64,000 nt of DNA from Octopus vulgaris (Eukaryota): positions 178,932,001 to 178,996,000 of the forward strand of contig OX597814.1 in NCBI GenBank assembly GCA_951406725.2, given 5' to 3'. Each line of letters begins with the position of its first letter. Position 1 is the stretch's first letter. Below, piece by piece: positions 52,196 to 64,000 of this stretch. A model generated the notes under the pieces. That model worked only from the letters and a program-made list of their open reading frames with translations, searched no databases and was not told where the DNA came from. The translations under genes and the position numbers were made by a program.

Positions 52196-53612
52196 TGTTT
52201 AATAAATGTACTCACATGCTACCATATTTTGACACTACGACATAAATTAGATAGAATATGGTTTTAAGATGGTCAGCTCCTTATCTGCGTAAATAGATTC
52301 ATGGGATGACTTCAGATAGTTCTTAAGTGATTAATATTTTCAGTGTGTAGTTATGAACCTGCAAAATCCCTCACTACTGGAATAATCAGAGTACAGGACA
52401 GTACCGTAACTACTTAAAAGATGATAATACATTGTGCGAAAAGGGAAAGGAGAACTAACAGACTATAATAAAGCGAAACACAAAAGACATCTGACTGGGT
52501 GCCGTTTGTTTAATACATGTACTCACATGCTACCATATTTTGACGCTACGACATAAATTGACGATAGAGTGAAGGTGTCTATACCAGTGATGAATTGTAA
52601 ATGCTTAAGTAATCGTAGCCAATTGGTGCTATGAAAGGCAATCTATTTATTTTAGAAATTTAAATATATAGAACAATTATACGAATTTAGACAGAAGGTT
52701 TAACCAGTTAATAATAAGGAGTTTTGAAATTTTGCCAACAAGTGCTTTCAAATTTGAAATGACGCAAGTTATTACCTATACATGATCTACAACAACTATC
52801 CTATGCCTAATCATAAGATATTGCGTTGCAGCTTCTAAAGCTAGCGTTTCTATACCTTAATTTCTATTTTAATTAGCTACGCACAAATATATAATTAACG
52901 CAAAATATCAAAGTCGATTTGGTCGACCAGATTGTTTTCACTCTTTCATAAATCAATTGTGACTTGCACAAAACGAATATGTAAATATACCAGCCAAAGA
53001 GATGTCCAGTCAATCGATCACAGCCACGCTTCTATGACATGGCATTTCAGATTAAATTGAAGCAATTCATTATAATATATGGCAAATTCCGCGCAATGCG
53101 TTCTATATCAACTGCAGTTCTTCTTCCTTCCGTCTCTCACTCTATTCGACTCAAAAGTGGGTCCTCCAAATGGCCACTCGTTCTGTTACAAATATTATAC
53201 TCAATGTTTGCAAAATTTTTGCAACCATCTTCAAACAGCGCAAGTCAGATTATATATAAGATCGTATTCATATATATCCCTAAAAATACACGCTGGCAAC
53301 AGCTATATTTATGTTGGATATGGTATGGTCTTGCTCAAAATAATAGTTTTCACAATTTTAAAGTGAAACACAAAATATGCCCGACTAGGTTCCGTTTATT
53401 TAATACATCTACTCACATGCTGCCATAATTTGACGCTACAACTTAAATTAAAGAGAATGAACAAAGTGACTATACCAGTGATTAATTGTAAATGCTTAAG
53501 TAATCGTAGCCAATCGGTGCTATGAAAGGCAATCTCTTTATTTTAGAAATTTAAATATATGCAACTATTATGAAATGAATTTAGACGGAAGGATTAACTA
53601 GTTAATAATAAA
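52196..53612 (-). pseudogene. Three diverged tandem copies of an FN3-like exon with splice sites
   Basis: Copies at 52196-52250, 52508-52720 and 53395-53612; ttgcctttcatag acceptor (copies 2 and 3) and GTGAGT donor; ITGIDTFTLSSIYVVASKYGS (cf. ITGLxPxTxYxIxVxA...G). Confidence 0.45.
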
Positions 53613-55144
53613 GCGCAAAGTTGACCCATTAATTAGTACGTTATTTTGTCGTCCCTGAGAGATTGAAAAGCAAAGTTGAGTTTAGCGGAATTTGGACCCA
53701 GGAGATTAAACAAATCCCAAGAATTATTCAAAAGGATATTGTGATAGTCTTTAAATTTATAATATCACTTCTTATACAGGTTTTACTCATCGCAAAACCT
53801 TTTTTTATATGGCTTTTTGATAACTTCATAGATGCTGTGACCAATGAAGTATTTTTACCCAGGCATTGGTCCGGCTATATATAACAGGCACATCTGCCTT
53901 ACATCAGATATAAATATCTTTAAAATGGAGAGTGCGTCATCTAATCTATAAAGCATAGCGAATACTGGACGATATTTTAATCGTTACTAAATTTTAAAAA
54001 ACTATGCTACTAATCTATTATTTCTTACTGTATTATAAATGTGAATTTGAAGAATATATTCCAATAAGAGCTATTAACAATAAAGGAAACATCGACATTG
54101 AGACACATGAAATCAACATTAGTAGCTGAAAGCTCCTAAATGACAATAACAAAACATAATGATAAAGACGACGGAAACTTTTGAGCTTGATACAACAACG
54201 AGATTGGCCATGGACAAAAGAAAGGAAGCAAAGCATGAAGAATGCTTAAGTAAGGACTCTAAGATACAAGCAGAGGAAAGCCCTCCAATTAGGCCGAGTG
54301 CCTGAAACGCAACGTAGAGACAATGGCCATGATGTAACCATTTTACTCGACAGCAAGTAGTTGTGTACGGCATTTCAACAATGTTTTGCTTGACTCTTCG
54401 GTATGCGTGCTAAACACGATGTGAGCTTGATTTCAGTATGTACCTCACTAGTTTACTGCGGTTCTTGTCAAGAGAAGCGGAATGTTGCAAAAATGCAATA
54501 AAGCTAAGACCGGTTAAACAGGGGTAAAATTGCCGAATTTGGATGGTCAGCAGTATGATATTTACGTTTATATAACAAACGTGTTTGGAAAACTTTTGGA
54601 AGATATGTTACAAAACTGGCAAAATGAAAGTAAATAGGGAGAAAGAAGTTATGGAAGATATAACGCTATTTGTTTTAAAAAGGAAAATGTCTACCTTGTT
54701 AATTAGATGAGGTAACTCACAAAGGTTTGAATTGGGCAATATCACCAATATTGACAGTATGTGTCTTGTGTAAAAAATGCGGCAGTTGTAGACTTTGTTT
54801 TGCGGGGTAAGAAGTGCTCAGTGATAAAAGTCTTCATAAAACGGAAACTTGTTTAAGATGTGGTTTGGGAAGGGAAAATATCGAGTTTACAGAGAGTTTT
54901 TTTCAGAATTTCATAGGGTATTGGTCGAAACAATCTCTTACAAGATACCATGTTTCACTTAAATCTAAAATTACAAGTGTTACAGTATTTAAAATTCATA
55001 AATTGCAATAGAAGATGTCGGTAACTTGGAAGTAGTTCGGGACCTGTATATATTTATAATAAAAAATAAAATGATTTCTTGCAAAATGAAAAGATGTTTC
55101 TTACGAAGGCATCGCTCTAGTTTCGAAAATATCGGTAATTACAC

Positions 55145-55470
55145 TTTTACGCTTTTACTTTTTTTTAGTCATTTCACTGCGGCCATGCTGGAGCACCGCA
55201 TTTAGTCGATGAAATCGATCCCGGGACTTATTCTTTGTAAGCCTAGTACTTATTCTATCGGACTCTTTTGCCGAACCGCTAAGTTACGGGGACGTAGACA
55301 CACCAGAATCTGGGCTTCTTTCAGTTTCCATTTACCAACTCTACTCACAAGGCTTTGGTCGGCCCGAGGCTATAGTAGAAGACACTTGCCCAAGGTGCCA
55401 CACTGTGGGACTGAACCCGGAACTATGTGGTTGGTAAGCAAGCTACTTACCACACAACCACTCCTGCGCC
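55145..55470 (-). mobile_element. SINE family A lacking the central microsatellite block
   Basis: Collinear with 15595-16008 apart from an internal deletion at about 55308. Confidence 0.9.
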
Positions 55471-55750
55471 AATAAAATCTCAGGAAAAAAATCATAGCGT
55501 TACCCTATATAATTATCAACATTTTATTTATAAACAAAAATCGTGTTTCATATAGATTTCTTACCTTACAGTTTCTTGTTAATAACATGCGAGAAGTACA
55601 AGCTAATAATGAAGTGGGTAATGATAAAGAGAAGTGTGAATGATCACGCACGGTTCAATGCGTGTATTTGTCTTATCTTCCACACGACCTCAGGTTACTT
55701 ATTTTCTCGTTGAGCGTAGATTCTGACACACATTCACAACGAAGATACAG

Positions 55751-55798
<48 letters not shown>

Positions 55799-56638
55799 TC
55801 ACACACACACAAATACACACAGACACTTGTGTGTATGTAGTATTCATAATTTAGCACCATAGGAAAATAGGCACCAGTAATAGGATGTAAATCACTATAT
55901 ACACAGTGCATAGCTGATAGCACAATTTGATATAGGCTTCACTTTACCATTATCTAGATATTCCTAAAATTAATGATATTCCATTATACATTCGATATGC
56001 TATATTAAAAGAAACGCTTGAAATAATGCTCTAAATTGTGTAGATGTACTGACTGTCATATGCTAATCTCATGATCAAAGAAGTCTGTTAACGAGACAAA
56101 CAACAAACAGCATGGAAAGATAACGAATACACATTCTCGGTAGCGAAATGCTGTAATACACGGCTTACTTCACGATTAACTCGAGGATCGTTACCTTACG
56201 GCAAATACATACTTTATGTTCCTAGGAATACACTAAATAGCATATATTTCATTGTCACAGATTCGAACGTTACCCTGGACTATGATATAAGAGTTCTGCT
56301 GTCAGTGTATGGTTCTCAAGAAATCGGAAATTTAGCATGCGCTTGGTAAAAATAAAAATGCGCAAGGTAAAAGTAAAATAATATGTGATTCTGGTGACGC
56401 ACTGATATACTGTATAATGAGGATACTTGAATCATTATGCATTTAACATTTTGTGGTATACTGGAGACTGAACAAGAAATAATACTGGCGCACTAGAGTT
56501 TAAGTAATAAAAAATGCTCGTGAGAAAATGTTCAAGTCTGAAACGTTCATTGCATATTTTGCATGCGAAATATTACAAAGCTATTTTTTAAATGTAAAAA
56601 TAGGAATATTATTGTTTTAACCATTATATATGTACATA

Positions 56639-57022
56639 AGGGAAGTGCAATAGCCCAGTAGTTAGGGCAGCGGACTCGTGGTCGTAGGATCGCGGTTTCG
56701 ACTCTCAGACTGGGCGTTGTGACTGTTTATTGAGTGAAAACACCTAACGCTTCACGAGGCTCCAGCAGGGGGTGGTGAAGAACCCTGCTGTACTCTTTCA
56801 CCACAACATTCTCTCAATGTTTTTCCCGTTTCTGTTGCACCTGTATTTGAAAGGGCCAGCCTTCTCACAATGTCTCGCTGATTCTCCCCGAGAACTACGT
56901 TAAGAGTACACGCGTCTGTAGGATGCTAAGCCACTTGCACGTTAATTTCACGAGTAGGCTGTTCCGTTGATCGGATTAACTGGAACCCTCGTCGTCATAA
57001 CCGGCGGAGTGCCACGACGACG
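56639..57022 (+). mobile_element. SINE family B, full length with 9-bp TSD
   Basis: Collinear with 18850-19228; TSD atgtacata. Confidence 0.9.
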
Positions 57023-57122
57023 ATGTACATACGAAAATTATGAATACATTTCTCAAGACACTCAAGTATTCACATGAATTTTCATAAGACTTCAAGTGTA
57101 CGTTTTAAAATCTACACTGCAT

Positions 57123-57480
57123 AGATGGCTGTATTGTTTAGAGGTTCGTTGACCAGCCACGATATCTCAGGCTCAACCCTTGGGTATGTAGCTACTGCTG
57201 TATTCTCGAACTGACTAAGATCTCGTGAGTGAAAATTTCGGTAATTGTCTGGAAGCCCGTATTCACATGCTTTATTTTTGTCCCAAAACCTCTTGACAGA
57301 CGATTCTCATTTCTTTATGTTTCCATAACATAGCGAATCAGTAGAAGAGACCAGTAGAATAAATATTAAACTTTAAAAAAAAACAAAAAAAAACGGAAGA
57401 AAGCTTCGGGCTCGGTCTTTTCGAATATACAGAAGGTGGTGGCACAGGATGGCTTCAGTGCAATTAATATAACACGTAAA
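57123..57480 (+). mobile_element. Old degenerate SINE family A
   Basis: atggctgtattgtt head, tgtgagtg/gaagcccgt/ttgaca/agagacc blocks. Confidence 0.5.
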
Positions 57481-58326
57481 TGAATAATAGAAAATTGCAC
57501 GTGCAGTGTATGATCAACTACTCCAATGTATCCACGTGAGAAACACTGAAATTAGAAATATTAAATGACATAGTAATCGTCCAGGTTACACTGCACCTTT
57601 TTGTTTACATGGTCTGATTGCTGATATCTTAATATCTTGGCTATATAGTGTAACGTGAGTCACGTCAATGAAACCTTTTATAAGTGTCTAACATCATATC
57701 GACCTGTAATAATGAGAGAATCTTAACATCAACCAACTGTGCAAGGTTAACACTAAAGCACGTTTCGATGCATTTCAATTTGTTTGTATATTTGATTGTC
57801 AACTACAGAAAGTTAAACGGTTTATTCACATAATTCTCAGAAAGTTACTAAATGAGAATTAATAGGAATTTACCTCAAGTTTAATGAGAAATAGAATTTG
57901 ATGGAATCTTTTATGGGTTCTTTCGTAGATGTTAACACAGATTTATCTAACTGTACAGATACAGAAGACAAGTCATTGAACTTGCGACTATAAAACGAAA
58001 CAAACTTATATAATGAATTAAGAAGTATGAGTTATTTAAAGATTTCTATTAATCGTTGTCAGATGTGTATTAAGACAAGCAGCATATGTGTGTATGTGTG
58101 TCTGCGTGTATCTATATTTGTGTGTATTTATATATGCATACGTACACATTCATATGCATATATAAGTAAAACATGATAGGGTATCGATACAATAATTTGT
58201 CAAAGGACATTGAATTTAATACTGCTGATAATGCAAAAGAGCAATCGTCTCGAATTGATTTTATTTGCATATTTCCACATACGAATTTTCAATGTTTATT
58301 TTGGAACTAAACCATGAATACAAGTG

Positions 58327-58328
<2 letters not shown>

Positions 58329-58381
<53 letters not shown>

Positions 58382-58387
58382 CATATA

Positions 58388-58420
<33 letters not shown>

Positions 58421-58466
58421 ATATATAAATTCGCGCACGCGTGTGTGAATGTGTGTGTATGTGTGC

Positions 58467-58499
<33 letters not shown>

Positions 58500-58600
58500 A
58501 AATATTATTAGAGACAAAACCACTATTTTGCAAAACATATATATATATATATATATACCGCAGTATAAAGTGTATATATATATATATATATATATATAGG
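58329..58600. repeat. (TA)n/(TATG)n microsatellite cluster
   Basis: Direct inspection. Confidence 0.92.
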
Positions 58601-58974
58601 CTGAAAAACTTCCCAAACAATGTTTCAGAGTTTCACGTAACCGATCATCGGACAGAAACGAGCTTTTGGAAAGATATGATGACTCATAAATATTCATAAA
58701 TTATGCAGTTATAGTTATTCAGTAATTCATCAAAGAAACATTTAATGCTAATTTCCTTGACGGAACATCATTATTGTAATATAAACATTAAAAACTAGTC
58801 CAAAACTAATTAAAAACTGAATCAATAATTTGCATATATGAGGGATTTACGCTTTATGAATATTATACTTGCATACATGTTCACATGCATTCATATACAT
58901 ACACGTATAATTGAGTGCTGAATTTTAAGATACCTAAGTGCGGCTAGTCCTCAATGTCTCAAATATAGATTTTA

Positions 58975-59480
58975 TATGACAATGATCAATGATAAGATAC
59001 TTAATTCGGTTTCGGTGAGGATTACTTTCCCTGCAAACATCAGCTCCGTTAGTGATCAACCGACTGGTATATTCGGATTTGGGGTCACACGGTACACCCT
59101 TCAAAATTGTTTCAGAGCTCCCTTGTCCATGACTTTCCTATTCGATTTACTAAGGGTTCTTTTAAAAGTGTCGACAAAGCAAAGCGTTCCGCTTGTACAT
59201 TAGATCTGGAATGGCATGGTGCCGTAGATATATGTTCTAAGCCGAACGTTTCACAAAATTGGTTTAATTTGCTAGAACAAATTGCGTTCCATTGTCAGAT
59301 TTTATCTTGTCTAGGAGGAAAAATCTTGCAAACTATTCGTGTCAAATATCTATCATAGTTGAGGAGGTTAGTTTTTACACTTGCAAATTTCAGGCCATTT
59401 CGAAAAACTATCAACTACCACTAAGTATAACCGTTTAAAAAGCCAGTGAAATCGATGTGTCGTCCCGACCACGGAACATC
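58975..59480 (-). mobile_element. Ty3/Gypsy integrase core remnant
   Basis: PWSGRHIDFTG..VVVDSF..KWPE..SDNGTQF..HISTAPCHSRSNVQAERF..VDTFKR..YRVTPNP. Confidence 0.88.
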
Positions 59481-59600
59481 TACTTTTGGCCCAGGTTCAC
59501 TTTTTATAATGGGCAATTTTGCTGCTTTTCTTATTTTCTTTTGTTGGGGTTAAAATTATATATATATATTTTTTTGCTTGGGGTTAAATTTATATATATT

Positions 59601-59652
<52 letters not shown>

Positions 59653-59692
59653 GATGGATAGATACATACATACATAGATACACAGGTGTAAA

Positions 59693-60171
59693 TATAGATA
59701 AACAGGATGGGATGGGTAAATTGTCTTCATGTTATATTTTTTAATTTCGCGCATCGGCGTTGATTGTTTCTGATTTTGACGATTACACAGTGTAGTAGGG
59801 TCAGCTGGGAACCGTCCGTGAGTAAAACAGCACCAAGACGCAATTCACTCTGCCAGGAATTTGGAAACAACATGCTGTACTGCTTGGGATTGGCGTCAGA
59901 AACACCAGAACGTATATTACAGAGTGTTTGGGTGTCAATCTGTGGACAGTGTAATCTGCGGACATGTATTGAGAGTGATAAAAATCAAACATCCAGTCAA
60001 CATCATAATTTTTGGGGTGATAACTAGTGATCGCGACGTTATGCCACTATTCATCTTCCCACACGGCCTTAGCCTCAACACGGGCCCTGCATTAAGTGCC
60101 CGGAGGAGGTGGATACTCAAAGATACGACATCTGGCAACAAGAATCTGCAACATGCCACACAATGAGAGAG

Positions 60172-60210
<39 letters not shown>

Positions 60211-60211
60211 C

Positions 60212-60264
<53 letters not shown>

Positions 60265-60490
60265 ATATATATGCGCGCCTGTCACCTGGCCACCTTACCC
60301 CAAAGACTGCAACCCCCTTGATTATTACGCTTGGGGCGCAGTTGAGCGAGAGACCAACAAAACTCCAGTTCAATGATGAACTGAAAGCAAAGATTATGAC
60401 ACCATTCATCAACTTAAACAAGAAGACCGTTCAGAAGAGTTGTAGGATATTTACGTAAAAATATTTCAAGATATTCTTATGTAAGGTTCG
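59693..60490 (+). mobile_element. Internally deleted DD37D/maT element split by (TA)n
   Basis: IKHPVNIIIFGVITSDRDVMPLFIFPHGL, WQQESATCH, WPP..DCNPLDYYAWGAVERET; homologous to 1945-2760. Confidence 0.88.
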
Positions 60491-60493
60491 TAA

Positions 60494-60588
<95 letters not shown>
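60494..60588. repeat. (GATA)n microsatellite
   Basis: Direct inspection. Confidence 0.97.
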
Positions 60589-61129
60589 CGAGTGTATCAG
60601 TTTGTTGTAGTTCCTCCGATTTCATTTCCGCAAGCCTTTCAGGAAACGCACATTTACACAAATAGATCTCACACGTTGAGACTTCGGTTAGAAGTAGTTT
60701 TGAGAACTTTCGGAGCATATTAACTCTTTGTCTGCGGCAACTTTGTTGCTATCAGTTTCCATAACATTAATATTTTTCTCATCTCTTTTCTGCTTTATAA
60801 TTTCTCTATTTCAAATGTCAATATTGACTTATCTATACTCTGAAAACCGTATTTCTTGATAATATGACTTCCAGAAAAAATAATTTTGAAGGCTGGTCTG
60901 GAATAAAAAATCTGCAGAGATGATAACGATTCAAATTTTAAAAAAAGAAGGGAACGGTAACATTAACTATTATCATTAAAAGAAATATTAATGATAACAT
61001 CTTAATCTCACCTATTTTCTCGGAAAGAGATTTCTAAAAAAAATACTTAATATACATAATTGAGTAAACAAAACTTTGAGATCAACCAAAGTAAACAGAT
61101 ATCCATAAGACGAATTTCATGTGGACGCG

Positions 61130-61708
<579 letters not shown>

Positions 61709-64000
61709 ATAGGTATAGAGAATATGGTGTGTTTGCGTATGTGCGCCTCTGTATGTGTACTTGCATGTAGTTGCGTTTGTTTGCATGTAGCCATTTATAT
61801 CATTGATGTGGTAAACACAAAATAAAATTACCTAGTAAATAATTCCAAAACTCAAAATAAGAACTGAAGCATATACACTGCAGCCATGTGGTATACAATA
61901 ACGCCATTCATTGATTTCCCCAACAGTTCTGATAAAGAAAGCATTGCTTTCTATATTTTATCTATTGTAATTTTCTAGTTGATAGTTATTTCATTATCTG
62001 ACTCCCCCGGCCGTATATTCTATCTGTCTCTATATCTTCGTCTCTCTGTATGTTTATGTAACTCTCTTTATTTCTCTCTGTACATTACCTGTCATTTTAT
62101 TTCTCCCCCAACGTACTCCACATGTAATCACACACGTTTTTGATTTTCAGCAGTGGGAAATAAAGGAAGGATTGAAAATTAGAAACACACATATACTTAC
62201 ATACACGCCTAACCACACAGAAACAAGTGTGCAGACGCATGCATGTATAAATGCATGCTTATAAAGATCTCCTCACACGCTCTTATGTATGTGCATACAA
62301 TTATGCTCGATGCAGATACAAATATTGTGATGTAGATATACAAACACGCGTTTTCTTCCCTGAACATAGCAGAAAGGTTTGAATGTCTATCATTTCCGCT
62401 ATTAACTTTTAGATGATTAGATTTAACCTCGTCTATATACACGTATGTCGGTGTATATAAAGATAAAGAGTTGTGCTCGCGCGTAAGGTGTGGGATATAT
62501 GCATTTAATTGATTTTCAATATTGAGGAAATTTCCTTTAAACGCAGTATATTCTCAGCTTTGATGCAGTTGAAATTTCAAGTTCTATAAAAGGAAATAAA
62601 TTTTGTTATAAGATGGTTTAGAATTTTGTCGATGAATGTGACGCTCGGTAGTGTTTTATCATCGTTTTATGGATTCAATGTGCCAAAAATCTAATTATGC
62701 TGCATACTGTGGCCATACAATGAACTCCAAGTATAATGTGACAATTTGTAAAAGGTGGGGGAACTGTTTGAATATATCATATTTTCAGAATTTATGGGAT
62801 TAGTTTAAAACAGATGTAATATGCGTAGAAATATTCACTTTACCTACCAGATTTAATATCTCGCACAAAGTTTGGACGTTTTATGATTTTAGAAGTTCAT
62901 AAATTTTGGCAATGTACTTAATTATATTTACATATATTGCAGGAAAATCTCAGGAATATAAACAAACCAAAACTACACGAGTATGTTTGTCATGTCAATA
63001 AATTTTCAATATTTTTAAGAACCATTTCTTGATGGCTTATGATATATATGATAATATATTTTCTTATTTCCTTTACATATATTTTTATCACTTCATTCTT
63101 TTATATCACATATCAATTCGGATGTGATAATTTTTCTCTATATTTTCTTTGAAGCTTATAGGTTATTTAATGTATTTTTAAAAATTTTTTAGCTTTGCAA
63201 ATTTGTTTTCCATTCAATCGCCAATGCGATGATTTGAATAATCTATGGAAGTAAACGACTGTAACACTTAGTAAGTAATAAATTTCAATGCATAAAATAA
63301 AACAGGAAAAATTTTAGCATATAAAGGGAAATATATACATAAAAATAATAATAAATTATATATACCCATACAGATATACTTCACAAATGTTAACAGCTAT
63401 GCAATACTTTATATGACACCGTTTTTATAATGTGATATTATGGGTGTGTGGTTATAATGCATAATCATTCTAGAAGATACACCTAGCATATAGCTAATAC
63501 TGAGAGGCAAACTGTCATATGGCAGCTATTTTCACAGCAAATGCCAAATGTTTCTACTCATGAGAAAGAATGACACTTGTATCTCGCCACCCTATTCGCG
63601 AATATATGAAAACACATAAAATCGTTTTAAATTCAAATCCTTGTATGCTACTTGATGATGGATCTCTCCCTTTGGCTTTTGTTTAAAAAGGACATTCACT
63701 TCACCTTTGTTATTCAACAAAATGTACTTGATCAATCATATTTATAAAGGTATTCCAGCCATGACTTTGTTCATCAGTATGAATAAAAGCATGGCTATCT
63801 GGACTTTTTAGGCGTAGTGTTTACTTGATAACAATATAATCTATTAGGGATTAATTTGAAATAGATTTCTTTGTCATGTCAAGCCATTCAAAATCTCACA
63901 TAGTGGTTAATTCACTGGACGATCTTCTCAATACTCTCACTTAAGAAGGTATTACGATTAACAAACATTACCAAATTGAAACTAATAATCTCTGAATTAA

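Noticed and set aside
53417-53519. Claudin-like reading (TDWLRLLKHLQLITGIV..)
   Set aside because: The third-position substitution pattern between copies favours the FN3-like frame, and no other claudin exons were found.
52196-53612. CRISPR-like repeat-spacer array
   Set aside because: Only three long, diverged, irregularly spaced copies in eukaryotic DNA, with no cas genes.
56261-56345. Plus-strand candidate exon (SNVTLDYDIRVLLSVYGSQEIGNLACA)
   Set aside because: Weak donor, no recognisable family and no supporting neighbouring exons.
63740-63810. Short inverted repeat / MATH-like peptide
   Set aside because: Imperfect, short and interrupted by stops; no support.

Overview
AT-rich, microsatellite-saturated eukaryotic DNA. 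The SINE and transposon repertoire looks like a cephalopod (Octopus-like) genome, which is an inference. I found no intact protein-coding gene, rRNA, true tRNA or CRISPR array; most long ORFs in the track are microsatellite artefacts. The window is a graveyard of tRNA-derived SINEs (at least 4 families), Penelope-like elements (PLEs) of three types (Penelope/Poseidon-, Neptune- and Naiad-like), DD37D/maT, Tc1 and mariner remnants, a MITE carrying TTAGGG repeats, and Helitron, Gypsy-integrase, R4/Dong and other LINE fragments. Two things stand out. (1) About ten minimal type-I hammerhead ribozyme motifs, most with a palindromic stem III, sit in PLE terminal repeats that usually end in (TA)n. 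One family has a terminal repeat made of a tRNA-derived Pol III head + microsatellite + hammerhead, and it also occurs as a stand-alone mobilised unit (a candidate PLE-dependent 'ribozyme SINE'). (2) Scattered, locally duplicated, frameshifted exon-like pieces on the minus strand together resemble a decayed receptor-type protein tyrosine phosphatase gene (FN3 repeats, membrane-proximal region, D1/D2 domains). All calls come from reading the sequence by eye, so boundaries are approximate.
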